From Candidatus Acidiferrum sp. (GTDB taxonomy: Bacteria; Verrucomicrobiota; Verrucomicrobiia; Limisphaerales; UBA8199), in assembly GCA_035566435.1 (NCBI GenBank), contig DATMRF010000011.1, positions 26,878 to 90,877 of the forward strand: 64,000 bases of DNA, in the 5' to 3' direction. A model generated the notes under the pieces. It ran no database searches. It had not been told where the DNA came from and was given only the letters and a program-made list of their open reading frames with translations. Position 1 is the stretch's first letter, and each line of letters opens with the position of its first letter. The translations under genes were made by a program, and so were the position numbers. This document shows, piece after piece, positions 55,665 to 64,000 of the stretch.

Positions 55665-57056
55665 TCAAGGTCGTGCTGACCTTGACGCTTCTGGCGCCCA
55701 AGGCGACCAAACAACATAAAAGACTATACCTGCACCCAGCGCCGCCAACGCGTAGAGGATCGTTTTCTGGCCGGTGGTCGCGAACAGGAAAATCCACCCG
55801 AGGAGTCCAATTAGGGCCGGCAGCGGATATAGCCACATCCGGAAGGGCCGTTCCAGGTTCGGGCGGCGGCGGCGCAACCAAACCAAAGCCCCGATTTGAC
55901 CAATAAACTGCACCAGGATCCGGGTGGTCAGCAGCGCGTCGATGACCGTCATCAGGGGCAGCCAACTGCACAGGATGGCCAGTGCGCCAACGAATAAGAG
56001 AGAGAAATGTGGGAAATTCCTCTTTGGGTGAACACGGCCAAACAGCCTGAAGAAGTTACCATCGCGTGCGGCGGCATACGGAATCCGCGAGTAGCCCAGA
56101 ACGAGGCAAAAGCAACTGGCAAAGGCGGTCCATAGCACCATCACGGTGAACATCCGCGCAACGCGGATGCCGTAGAGTCTTTCGATAAACCAGGAAACGA
56201 CCGGCGGCGGGGGATCGGGCGCAGGCGTTCCCGGGGCCGGCACGAACTCGCGCCAGGGGACGACCCCGACAATGACGAGGTTCATCGTCATGTAAATCAC
56301 CGCCACCGTCACCAGGCTGATAAGAATCGAGCGCGGGATGACTCGCCCAGGCTCACGCACCTCGTCTCCGATGTAGCAAATGTCATAGTAACCAAGGTAA
56401 TCATAGATTCCCACCCGTACCGCGGCCCCAAGACCCATAAAGAAGCCCAGCGAAAAACCGAAAGCATGGGGCGGAAAATCAAACGCCAGCTTCGGGTTGA
56501 AATGGAACAGTCCGGACACCACGACCGCCCCGACTGTCAACAACGTGCCAACCCACAGTGCCACGGTAATTCGTCCGATAGCGGTGATCTGCCGGTACAG
56601 CAGCGCCAGGATCAGCGCGCCGGCGCCAGCCATAACCACGCGCGCCTCAAATTCAGTCATCGACGGCCACAGGTAGCGGGCGTACTGGGCAAAGCCGATG
56701 TAACCCGAAGCAATCTCCAGCGGTCCGCTTAGCAGAAACTGCCAGATGAACAGAAAGGCCATCGCTCGCCCAAACGTCTCGCGCAAATAGACGTAACTCC
56801 CACCCGAGCCGGGCATCGCGGCCCCGAGTTCGCTCCAGACCAGGCCGTCCGCGCAAGCGATCACCAATCCGACCACCCAACCGAGCATCGCCTGCGGCCC
56901 CCCCATCGCGGCCATCAGCACCGGGATCGTGATGAACGGTCCGATTCCGATCATGGTGGACATGTTCAGCGCTGTCGCCTGCAGCAACCCGAAACGCCGC
57001 TTCAGGTGGGCGGACGCCGTGGGCGCCGCTGACTCGTCCTGGGTTTGGGATGGCAT
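55665..57056 (-). CDS. APC-superfamily amino acid/polyamine permease
   Basis: About 12 TM helices with APC-type N-terminal motif (MSTMIGIGPF, SELGAAMPGSGGSYVY). Confidence 0.8.
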   Translation of the reverse strand: MPSQTQDESAAPTASAHLKRRFGLLQATALNMSTMIGIGPFITIPVLMAAMGGPQAMLGWVVGLVIACADGLVWSELGAAMPGSGGSYVYLRETFGRAMAFLFIWQFLLSGPLEIASGYIGFAQYARYLWPSMTEFEARVVMAGAGALILALLYRQITAIGRITVALWVGTLLTVGAVVVSGLFHFNPKLAFDFPPHAFGFSLGFFMGLGAAVRVGIYDYLGYYDICYIGDEVREPGRVIPRSILISLVTVAVIYMTMNLVIVGVVPWREFVPAPGTPAPDPPPPVVSWFIERLYGIRVARMFTVMVLWTAFASCFCLVLGYSRIPYAAARDGNFFRLFGRVHPKRNFPHFSLLFVGALAILCSWLPLMTVIDALLTTRILVQFIGQIGALVWLRRRRPNLERPFRMWLYPLPALIGLLGWIFLFATTGQKTILYALAALGAGIVFYVVWSPWAPEASRSARP

Positions 57057-57162
57057 GCCGTTGTATTACGGGAAATCCTGCAAGAACGCAGTCCGAAAGA
57101 TTTTCAGATGCCGGTTGGAATTGCTTTGCCCGACTCTGGCGAGTGTGCATCATACGAGCGAT

Positions 57163-57921
57163 ATGGATTATTCGGGTGCCACCTCAGCGCTCAAGGTCCA
57201 GGTCTTTGAGAATTACGAAGCCATGAGCCGGGAGGCGGCGGCGCGTATTCTCAGTGCAATAAGGGAGCAGCAGCAATTCCTGCTCTGCGCTTCTGCCGGG
57301 AGCACTCCCACTCGAACCTATCAGGTCTTCGCGTCACACAAGGCGCGCCACCCTCGGTTGTTCTCCAGGCTTCGCGTCCTCCAGATCGACGAATGGGCCG
57401 GGCTGCCTCGCGGCAATCCGGCCAGTTGCGCGGCGGACCTGCAGGAAAAGCTGGCGGCCCCGCTTCAACTGAGCCACGAGCGGTTTATGGCTTTCAGGAG
57501 CGATGCTCCGAAACCGAGGCGCGAGTGCGAACGCATCGGGCGCTGGCTGGCGGACCATGGGCCAATCGACCTTTGCATCCTGGGACTGGGCGGCAACGGT
57601 CACGTGGCCATGAACGAGCCTGCGCGCGCACTGGTTCCTCACGCCCACGTTGTCCGGCTGTCCGGCAGCTCGCGCAACCACGCGATGCTCCGGGGACTGG
57701 CGCGGAAGCCTCGCTACGGACTGACGCTCGGGATCGGCGACATCCTGCGCTCCCGTTGCATCCTGTTGCTGGTAAGCGGTCGAAAGAAACGAGCGGTGTT
57801 GAAACGACTCTTCCGGCCCGGCGTCACGCCGCGTTTTCCCGCGTCTTTTCTTTGGTTGCACCCGGACGTGACAGTGTTGTGTGATCGCGAGGCTGCGGGG
57901 AACCACCAGCCACGGGCATGA
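57163..57921 (+). CDS. Glucosamine-6-phosphate deaminase / 6-phosphogluconolactonase family protein
   Basis: SAGSTP, DEW and LGLGGNGHVAMNEP motifs of the NagB/Pgl fold. Confidence 0.7.
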   Translation: MDYSGATSALKVQVFENYEAMSREAAARILSAIREQQQFLLCASAGSTPTRTYQVFASHKARHPRLFSRLRVLQIDEWAGLPRGNPASCAADLQEKLAAPLQLSHERFMAFRSDAPKPRRECERIGRWLADHGPIDLCILGLGGNGHVAMNEPARALVPHAHVVRLSGSSRNHAMLRGLARKPRYGLTLGIGDILRSRCILLLVSGRKKRAVLKRLFRPGVTPRFPASFLWLHPDVTVLCDREAAGNHQPRA

Positions 57922-57991
57922 GACCCCACGTGTGTGATTTTAACGGCGCGGCTAGAAAGTCATCCATCCCGCTGGTTCAGCAACCTGCGGG

Positions 57992-59398
57992 ATGGAAATG
58001 AGGCAGAAAGGCATGAGAACTATGAACGACCAAAATCAAGAACGTGGACGACCGAACGGTCCCATCACCCGGCGGAGTTTTCTCGCCTCGACCGGCGCCA
58101 TCGCCAGCGTGTTGGTGCTGCCGAGCGAGGTGCTGGGGCGGGCGGGAGCCGTCTCCCCGAACAGCAAGCTCAACATTGCTGGAATCGGTATTGGGGGCCA
58201 GGGCGGCAACGACATTGATGAAATGAGCAGCGAGAACATCGTTGCGCTGTGCGACGTAGATGAAGAGCACGCCGCACATACGTTTAAGAAGTATCCGAAT
58301 GCCAAACGCCATAAAGACTTCCGCGAAATGCTCGAAAAGGAGAAAGGAATCGACGCGGTCGTCGTGGGCACACCGGACCATAATCATGCCGTGGTTTCGG
58401 CCGCTGCCATGAAACATGGGAAGCATGTCTATTGCGAAAAACCGCTCACTCGCACCGTGCATGAAGCGCGAGTGGTCGCCAAGGTGGCCCGCGAGGCCAA
58501 AGTGGCTACGCAGATGGGCAATCAAGGCATGGCCTTCGAAGGCAACCGGCTCATCAACGAATGGCTCTGGGACGGTGCGATCGGGCCAGTGAGGGAAGTG
58601 CATGTTTGGTCCGACCGACCGACGCATCGAGGCAAGATGCCGCTCTGGTGGGCGCAGGGCATTGAGCGACCGACGGAAACGCCGCCCACCCCTGCGACAC
58701 TCGATTGGGACCTGTGGCTAGGCCCGACTCCGTTCCGGCCGTACCATCCGGCTTACGTCCCTTTCCGCTGGCGAGGGTGGTGGGATTTTGGTTCAGGTGG
58801 ACTCGGCGACATGGGGATCCACAATCTCGCGCCCGTTTTCTCGGCCCTGAAGCTTGGCGCGCCGGAAAGCGTTCAGGCCAGCTCGACCCCTGTGTTCCCG
58901 GAATCGGTCCCGCTCGCCGCTATGGTTCATTACCAATTCCCCGCTCGGGCCGACATGCCGCCCGTCAAGCTGCACTGGTACGATGGCGGGCTGCTCCCCG
59001 AACGCCCGGTGGAATTGGAGGCAAACCGGGAATTAGACCCGGAAGATGGCATCGTTTTCGTGGGCGATAAGGGCAAGATGCTGGTGACCGGTTGGGGCGG
59101 TGAGCATCCCCGCCTGCTGCCGGAAAGCCTCGATAAAGGATACCAGCGGCCAGCCAAGACCTTGCCCCGCTCGATCGGGCACTACAAAGAGTGGGTGGCA
59201 GCCTGCAAGACCGGCTCGGCGACAAGGTCGGATTTCAATTTCGCTGGTCCGCTCACCGAAGCGGTCCTGTTGGGCAGCGTCTGTATCCGCAACGGCGGCG
59301 AGAAACTGCTGTGGGACAGCGAGAATATGAAGATCACGAACGACCCTGACGCAAACAAGTTCCTGCATTATGAGTATCGGAAAGGATGGAGCCTGTGA
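57992..59398 (+). CDS. Tat-signal Gfo/Idh/MocA family oxidoreductase
   Basis: ITRRSFLASTG, Rossmann IAGIGIGGQG. Paralogous to the 52131 gene in its C-terminal half. Several in-frame ATGs (57992, 57998, 58013, 58022). Confidence 0.8.
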   Translation: MEMRQKGMRTMNDQNQERGRPNGPITRRSFLASTGAIASVLVLPSEVLGRAGAVSPNSKLNIAGIGIGGQGGNDIDEMSSENIVALCDVDEEHAAHTFKKYPNAKRHKDFREMLEKEKGIDAVVVGTPDHNHAVVSAAAMKHGKHVYCEKPLTRTVHEARVVAKVAREAKVATQMGNQGMAFEGNRLINEWLWDGAIGPVREVHVWSDRPTHRGKMPLWWAQGIERPTETPPTPATLDWDLWLGPTPFRPYHPAYVPFRWRGWWDFGSGGLGDMGIHNLAPVFSALKLGAPESVQASSTPVFPESVPLAAMVHYQFPARADMPPVKLHWYDGGLLPERPVELEANRELDPEDGIVFVGDKGKMLVTGWGGEHPRLLPESLDKGYQRPAKTLPRSIGHYKEWVAACKTGSATRSDFNFAGPLTEAVLLGSVCIRNGGEKLLWDSENMKITNDPDANKFLHYEYRKGWSL

Positions 59399-59417
59399 GG
59401 CGCCAACGCAGGAGGGC

Positions 59418-60500
59418 ATGAGTAAGAAAGTCAGAGTTGGGTTGATTGGTTCGGGTTTCATCTCGGCGATTCATGCCGAGTCGCTCGGAAGGTGCGCGGA
59501 TGCTGAATTGTTCGCGGTGGCTTCGCCCTCCGCTGGGAAAGCCCGAGCTTTCGCGAAAAAGCATGGCGTTCCGCATCATTTTAGAGACTACCGCCAGTTG
59601 CTGGAAGTGGACGAAATCGACCTGGTGGTGCTGGGGATTCCCAACGACCTTCATTGCAAGGCGGCGCTCGATGCCGCCGCAGCGGGCAAACACATCGTCC
59701 TGGAAAAGCCCATGTGTTTGAACCTGGCGGAGGCCGACCGCATGCTTGAGGCCGGCCGCCGCGCAAGGATCAAGTTGATGTACGCTGAAGAGCTGTGCTT
59801 CGCGCCGAAATACGTTCGTTTAAAACAGTTGCTGGATTCCGGAGCGCTCGGCAAGCCCGTGCTGCTCAAGCAATCCGAAAAGCACGATGGACCGCACGCG
59901 GCCCATTTCTGGGACGTGAACCGCTCCGGCGGGGGCGTCACCATGGACATGGGCTGTCACGCCATCGAGTTCTTTCGTTGGATACTGGGCCGGCCGCCGG
60001 TCAGCTCTGTCTATGCGCAAATGGGCACGCATGTTCACCGGCGGAAGACTCGTGGCGAAGACAATGCAGTCCTGGTGCTGGAATTCGCCAGTGGCGCGGT
60101 TGCCATCGCGGAGGAGAGTTGGACCAAGTTGGGCGGCATGGACGACCGGGCAGAGGTGCACGGCTCAAAGGGTGTCGCTTATGCCGACTTGCTGCACGGC
60201 AACGCCATCGAGACTTACAGCGCCTCGGGTTATGACTATGCCGTTGAAAAGGCCGGCTCGACCGTCGGTTGGTCGTTCACCATTTACGAGGAGATCTGGA
60301 ATTACGGCTTCGTACACGAGATGGCCCACTTCGTGGATTGCGTGAAAAACGACAAGCAGCCGCACGTGACCGGCGAGGACGCCCGCGCAGTGTTGGAAGT
60401 GCTGTTCGCAGCTTACGAATCCGCTGGCACCGGGAGAAAAGTGACGCTCCCCTTTGAAACGAAGGCGGCTAAGCCTTTCGATCTGTGGCGCCGGCCGTGA
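59418..60500 (+). CDS. Cytoplasmic Gfo/Idh/MocA family oxidoreductase
   Basis: VGLIGSGFIS Rossmann motif, EKP motif LEKPM, no signal peptide. Confidence 0.8.
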   Translation: MSKKVRVGLIGSGFISAIHAESLGRCADAELFAVASPSAGKARAFAKKHGVPHHFRDYRQLLEVDEIDLVVLGIPNDLHCKAALDAAAAGKHIVLEKPMCLNLAEADRMLEAGRRARIKLMYAEELCFAPKYVRLKQLLDSGALGKPVLLKQSEKHDGPHAAHFWDVNRSGGGVTMDMGCHAIEFFRWILGRPPVSSVYAQMGTHVHRRKTRGEDNAVLVLEFASGAVAIAEESWTKLGGMDDRAEVHGSKGVAYADLLHGNAIETYSASGYDYAVEKAGSTVGWSFTIYEEIWNYGFVHEMAHFVDCVKNDKQPHVTGEDARAVLEVLFAAYESAGTGRKVTLPFETKAAKPFDLWRRP

Positions 60501-61437
60501 AGGAAAAGGGTTGCATTGCCTGGGTAGGCTCGACTGCGACGGCCCCGTCCTTGCATAGATAGTAAGCATGCCGCCACAGCCCCTCTTTGAGGACGCGCAG
60601 CAGGCGATATGCCTCAGGTACGAAGGCCCGCTTTTGCGCAAGTAGGAAGCACAGCGTTGTCTGATTGATTTGGCCCCGCCGTTGGATTTCGCGCGCCGTG
60701 ATTCCCAGCAAGCTGTCGCGGCGGGGTTTCCCGGAATAAATCGAGATGTAATAATGATATACCCACGCGCCGGCTGCGAAATCGGGGTCCACATCAACGG
60801 CCGCATTGAAAGCGCGGGGCATGACGGTTAAGCACTCGGGCTGTTCCCACATCACCCGGTTGAAGGAGGGCTGATCCAGGCAGGTCCCGAGCCGCTCCGT
60901 CTGCTCCTTCCATCGCTGGTGCCACGTCGCAAACAGACAGTGAGCCTGGGGGCTGTCGCGGCAAAACAGAACGCCCGTATTTACGTACGGCAGGAACGGA
61001 TGTTCCCATCCCATCGGTTCATAAATCGCGCGCCCTATTTCCTGGGGAAATTCCGGATTGAGCCTGAGATGGTCCAGGTTTGGAGCCGCCCCGGCACAGG
61101 GACAATCCAGGTGCTGAAGCAGTTCACGGCTCGCCAAAACAGCATCGAGATCCAGAAACAGGAAGTCCCCCTGCACATGCTTGCGCAACGTCGTCTTCAA
61201 ATAGCGGCTGTTGAGCTGGGGCGCTGCTTCGGGTGCCTCGACCACTGTGACCGTCTTGACCCAGTCCCGAAAGCGGAAACCGGAAGCCGAAGCGAACTCA
61301 AAGGTTTTGCGATCCACCACGCAAGTCAGCTCCAGTTCCGGCGCGGCAACTTTCGTCAGCGTGGCATTGGCGGCCAGCAGGTACAGGTAATCGAGCTCCT
61401 GAGTGCACAAAACGTAAACGATCTTCAGCTTTGGCAT
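60469..61437 (-). CDS. Putative GT-A fold (GT8-like) glycosyltransferase
   Basis: DxD-like FLFLDLDAV, YVNTGVLF and HYY..IYSGKP loosely follow the GT8 pattern. The 3' end overlaps the convergent gene by 32 nt. Weak call. Confidence 0.4.
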   Translation of the reverse strand: MPKLKIVYVLCTQELDYLYLLAANATLTKVAAPELELTCVVDRKTFEFASASGFRFRDWVKTVTVVEAPEAAPQLNSRYLKTTLRKHVQGDFLFLDLDAVLASRELLQHLDCPCAGAAPNLDHLRLNPEFPQEIGRAIYEPMGWEHPFLPYVNTGVLFCRDSPQAHCLFATWHQRWKEQTERLGTCLDQPSFNRVMWEQPECLTVMPRAFNAAVDVDPDFAAGAWVYHYYISIYSGKPRRDSLLGITAREIQRRGQINQTTLCFLLAQKRAFVPEAYRLLRVLKEGLWRHAYYLCKDGAVAVEPTQAMQPFSFTAGATDRKA

Positions 61438-62240
61438 TTGGGTTTGGCCTCCAGGCTCAACCAGCAAAAGCTGGTTACGCGGCGTTCGTCCATGGCCTCG
61501 ATTTTCAGCTTCTGATCCAATTCGACGCCGAGTTCGCTCGAGGGGAAATCACCGGGTCTGCGGGCCTCAAATTCAATCGTGATGCATTTATGCGTCGAGG
61601 CAAAGCGCGACCAAATCTCGTCCAGGACCGCCCTTCGACCCGGAGGACCATGCAACTCGACGATGAAGTCCGTTCGGTCGAGCACCGGGAAATATGAGGG
61701 CGCCATGATATGCGTTTCGGCCCCGTCCACGTCACAGATGACAAGCATCCTTCCCGCTGGGGAACTGGCGAGCGCGGCTTCGAGCTCCTTCACAAAACGC
61801 ACCTGCAACCCGTTCCAATCCGCGATACGCCTCGCTTCGGTTAGCGCTTCATTGTTCAGATCAACTCCGGTCACGTCCGTGGTCCGACCTCTTGGCTCGG
61901 CCTTGAGCAGATAGGCGATGCCATTGGCATAGTAGCCCTCCGCGCAACCAATGTTGACGAACCGCTCATAGCGGGAAAGGTTGGCGGCGCTGAAACACCC
62001 TGACAATTCCCGCTCATAGGTCCCCAGCAGCTTCGGCAGGTGCATGCTCCCGAAACTGCGCCCGCCATAGATGAGACCCTGGAACGGTCCGCCGAGAATC
62101 CGGCGCGGCGACCGCAGGCGAATCAGGTCTGTAAGCTCCTGTACGGTCCGGATCCGCCGCTTGGGCGGCACCCGCAACCTATAGTGGGCCAGCAAGGTGC
62201 GAACGGACCTTGGCCAGGTCCGCAAGCTTTGTATCGGCAT
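61425..62240 (-). CDS. Class I SAM-dependent methyltransferase-like protein
   Basis: Motif I-like FVNIGCAEGYYA and an acidic post-I segment VTGVDLN. Overlaps the downstream gene by 13 nt. Confidence 0.45.
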   Translation of the reverse strand: MPIQSLRTWPRSVRTLLAHYRLRVPPKRRIRTVQELTDLIRLRSPRRILGGPFQGLIYGGRSFGSMHLPKLLGTYERELSGCFSAANLSRYERFVNIGCAEGYYANGIAYLLKAEPRGRTTDVTGVDLNNEALTEARRIADWNGLQVRFVKELEAALASSPAGRMLVICDVDGAETHIMAPSYFPVLDRTDFIVELHGPPGRRAVLDEIWSRFASTHKCITIEFEARRPGDFPSSELGVELDQKLKIEAMDERRVTSFCWLSLEAKPKCQS

Positions 62241-62415
62241 GATTTATTCAAACGCAGCCCCCGCCGCGAGTCAACTGTAGCCTTCTTTGGCTTGATCAGT
62301 CTCTCTGGGAAATGACCCGTTGGTGAGCGGCCCAATCCTGAGAAGGCGCTCGTAACCCGGCGCCCGTCCAAATGTCGCGAAGCGCATGGAGCGCCGCCAC
62401 ACCACTCCCGCTGGC

Positions 62416-63015
62416 TCACTGAAGATTGTCCAGCTCGGCCGCCGTCCAAGGCTGGGTGCGGTTGCCGACTTCGGTCCGGATGGCTTTGACCTGATCAGGA
62501 GTGATCTCTGAAGCCTTGTTGCCCCAGCTCTGCCGAATGTAGGTTAGCACGGCTGCAAGCTGTTCATCAGTCATGGCCGCGCCCATCGCCGGCATCGACA
62601 GGTTCCATTCCTGGCCCTTGACCTGCACCGGGCCGCTCAAGCCGGCAAGGGGAATGCGAATCATTCGGCCGGGGCTGCCGAGGACCATATCGGAACCAAC
62701 GAAGGGTGGTGCTTGGTTAGGTTTGCCAGTACCATCCGGGTTATGGCACAAGGCGCACACGTTATCATAGAATTGCTTGCCCAGCGCGTTGCCGCCCGCC
62801 GAGGCTGGCTGATATAAAGCCAGCTCCGCGGCCGAATGGTAGGGGATATACACTTGCGGGTCCGCCCAGGCGCTGCGCTGGTCGAAATAAATCATCCCCC
62901 AGTAAAGCAGCAAGAAAAACAGCACGAACAGCCACACGGGAACCGATGCGCGGGCGGCTTTTGGTTCGGCGGCTTCCGAGCCAGGTGATCCGGGTTCGTT
63001 CGGGTCGGGGTTCAT
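62416..63015 (-). CDS. Membrane-anchored monohaem cytochrome c (copy A)
   Basis: N-terminal TM VPVWLFVLFFLLLYWGMIYF, CxxCH = CALCH, distal Met context SMPAMG. Confidence 0.75.
   Translation of the reverse strand: MNPDPNEPGSPGSEAAEPKAARASVPVWLFVLFFLLLYWGMIYFDQRSAWADPQVYIPYHSAAELALYQPASAGGNALGKQFYDNVCALCHNPDGTGKPNQAPPFVGSDMVLGSPGRMIRIPLAGLSGPVQVKGQEWNLSMPAMGAAMTDEQLAAVLTYIRQSWGNKASEITPDQVKAIRTEVGNRTQPWTAAELDNLQ
62820..63015. repeat. 196-nt near-identical direct repeat, copy 1 (5' end of cytochrome c copy A)
   Basis: 192 of 196 nt are identical to 63551-63746, with a constant offset of 731 nt and no indels. Confidence 0.9.
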
Positions 63016-63116
63016 TGCACGGGGATGGCGCTATTGGTGGTGGTCGCCGACGCGGGAGGTGGGTTGGTTTCAGGAGAAAGGGCAGTCACGGTGAGCAGGG
63101 CGCGCGAGGCGGCAGA

Positions 63117-63746
63117 TTACATATTTTCCGGCAGACCCTTGAGTTCCTCGGCGGTCAACTGCGTTGAACGATTACCGATTCGATCCCTAATGATCTTGAC
63201 CTGCTCCGGCGTGACAGGGGAAGCCTTGTTCCCCCACGCCTGGCGAACAAAGCTCAGCACATTCGCCAGGTCCTCGTCTGACATGAGTTCGCGGGTGGCT
63301 GCGATGGGCGTCATCCCAGTCGGGAAGTCGTACTGCTGACCGTTAACCTGAATTGGGCCGGTGAAGCCAAGGATTGGAATCCGCACCAATCGGTTCACTC
63401 CCGCAGCACTAGCCCAATCAGAGCCAGCGAGGGGCGGCGCCTGGCCTGGCTTGCCTCTCCCATCCGGACCATGGCAGAGGGCACAGGTGCGGTCGAACAC
63501 AAGCTGCCCGCGACTGATATCTGGTCCCTCAAGACGCGATTGGTATACGGCCAACTCCGCGGCCGAATGGTAGGGGATATACACTTGCGGGTCCGCCCAG
63601 GCGCTGCGCTGGTCGAAATAAATCATCCCCCAGTAAAGCAGCAAGAAAAACAGGACGAACAACCACACGGGAACCGATGCGCGGGCGGCTTTTGGTTCGG
63701 CGGCTTCCGAGCCAGGCGATCCGGGTTCGTTCGGGTCGGGGTTCAT
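63117..63746 (-). CDS. Membrane-anchored monohaem cytochrome c (copy B)
   Basis: The first 66 aa are identical to copy A. CALCH haem motif. The ATG lies in an ATGA overlap with the upstream stop. Confidence 0.75.
   Translation of the reverse strand: MNPDPNEPGSPGSEAAEPKAARASVPVWLFVLFFLLLYWGMIYFDQRSAWADPQVYIPYHSAAELAVYQSRLEGPDISRGQLVFDRTCALCHGPDGRGKPGQAPPLAGSDWASAAGVNRLVRIPILGFTGPIQVNGQQYDFPTGMTPIAATRELMSDEDLANVLSFVRQAWGNKASPVTPEQVKIIRDRIGNRSTQLTAEELKGLPENM
63551..63746. repeat. 196-nt near-identical direct repeat, copy 2 (5' end of cytochrome c copy B)
   Basis: See copy 1. All four differences are synonymous in the shared reading frame. Confidence 0.9.
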
Positions 63747-64000
63747 TTCGCGGGGACGGCGTTGGTCTCCGGCGGCGGAGCCGCAACCGTCAACGGGGCG
63801 ACAAATAGCGGCGCGTCGGCGCGCAAGCTCATCACGTAGGCGACCAGCGCCTTGGCCTTTGGCGTCGGCACGATCTCGTAGCCGGCTTCAGGCGCTAACC
63901 GGGCGGGCAGCGGCAGCGCGTCGGGCGAGCGAGCGCGTTCAATTCGGCGCTTTTCGAACAAAAACCGGTAAGGAGGCATCGTTGAATCTTTGACTTCGAG
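63743..64000 (-). CDS. 3' part of a CcoO-like (cbb3-type oxidase subunit II-like) gene, partial
   Basis: The frame is open to the window edge (LEVKDSTMPPYRFLFEKRRIE...). STMPPYRFLF resembles the CcoO Met-ligand region. Context is with the cytochromes c downstream. Confidence 0.4.
   Translation of the reverse strand, partial: LEVKDSTMPPYRFLFEKRRIERARSPDALPLPARLAPEAGYEIVPTPKAKALVAYVMSLRADAPLFVAPLTVAAPPPETNAVPAK

Noticed and set aside
1-64000. Mobile elements, prophage, defence islands, toxin-antitoxin pairs.
   Set aside because: No integrase, transposase, recombinase, phage structural gene, restriction-modification gene or cas-like gene is recognisable. The PIN-PhoH2 gene is a fused housekeeping-type protein with no adjacent antitoxin-sized ORF.

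Overview
High-GC (about 60%) chromosomal segment with no rRNA, tRNA, CRISPR array, transposase or integrase that I can recognise. The protein architectures (Tat-signal Gfo/Idh/MocA oxidoreductases, a BNR/Ig/RCC1 mosaic exoprotein, a MoxR-DUF58-BatABCDE operon) suggest a PVC-group bacterium, probably Verrucomicrobiota. That placement is inference only. I call about 53 protein genes by eye from motifs, with no searches run.

Gene content in window order:
- minus-strand chain moxR / DUF58 / DUF4381 / batA-E / GST-like / PIN-PhoH2 (10693 down to 253)
- a membrane-anchored GrpE-like protein
- addB and addA, split by an opposite-strand gene
- a beta-CASP RNase, a LolA-like protein and an outer-membrane barrel
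- secreted hydrolases and the 1231-aa BNR/Ig/RCC1 protein
- sulfate uptake operon yezD / OprO-P-type porin / sbp / cysT / cysW / cysA, with a divergent Rrf2 regulator
- polX, thiD, aroK, queG, a LysR regulator with GTP-PEPCK, and a C25 peptidase
- a sugar-oxidation cluster with Tat-exported Gfo/Idh/MocA enzymes and a Tat-exported TIM-barrel protein
- a GT8-like plus methyltransferase pair, and two tandem membrane-anchored cytochromes c downstream of a partial CcoO-like gene

The most unusual signal is not a gene. At 15 or more loci there are short tandem arrays of degenerate 7-nt (sometimes 8-nt) units. The same unit vocabulary recurs kilobases apart. The arrays often form long hairpins at gene boundaries, and in at least three places they lie in frame inside conserved genes (addB twice, queG once).

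Many genes use GTG/TTG starts and 4-nt stop/start overlaps, so 5' ends are approximate.
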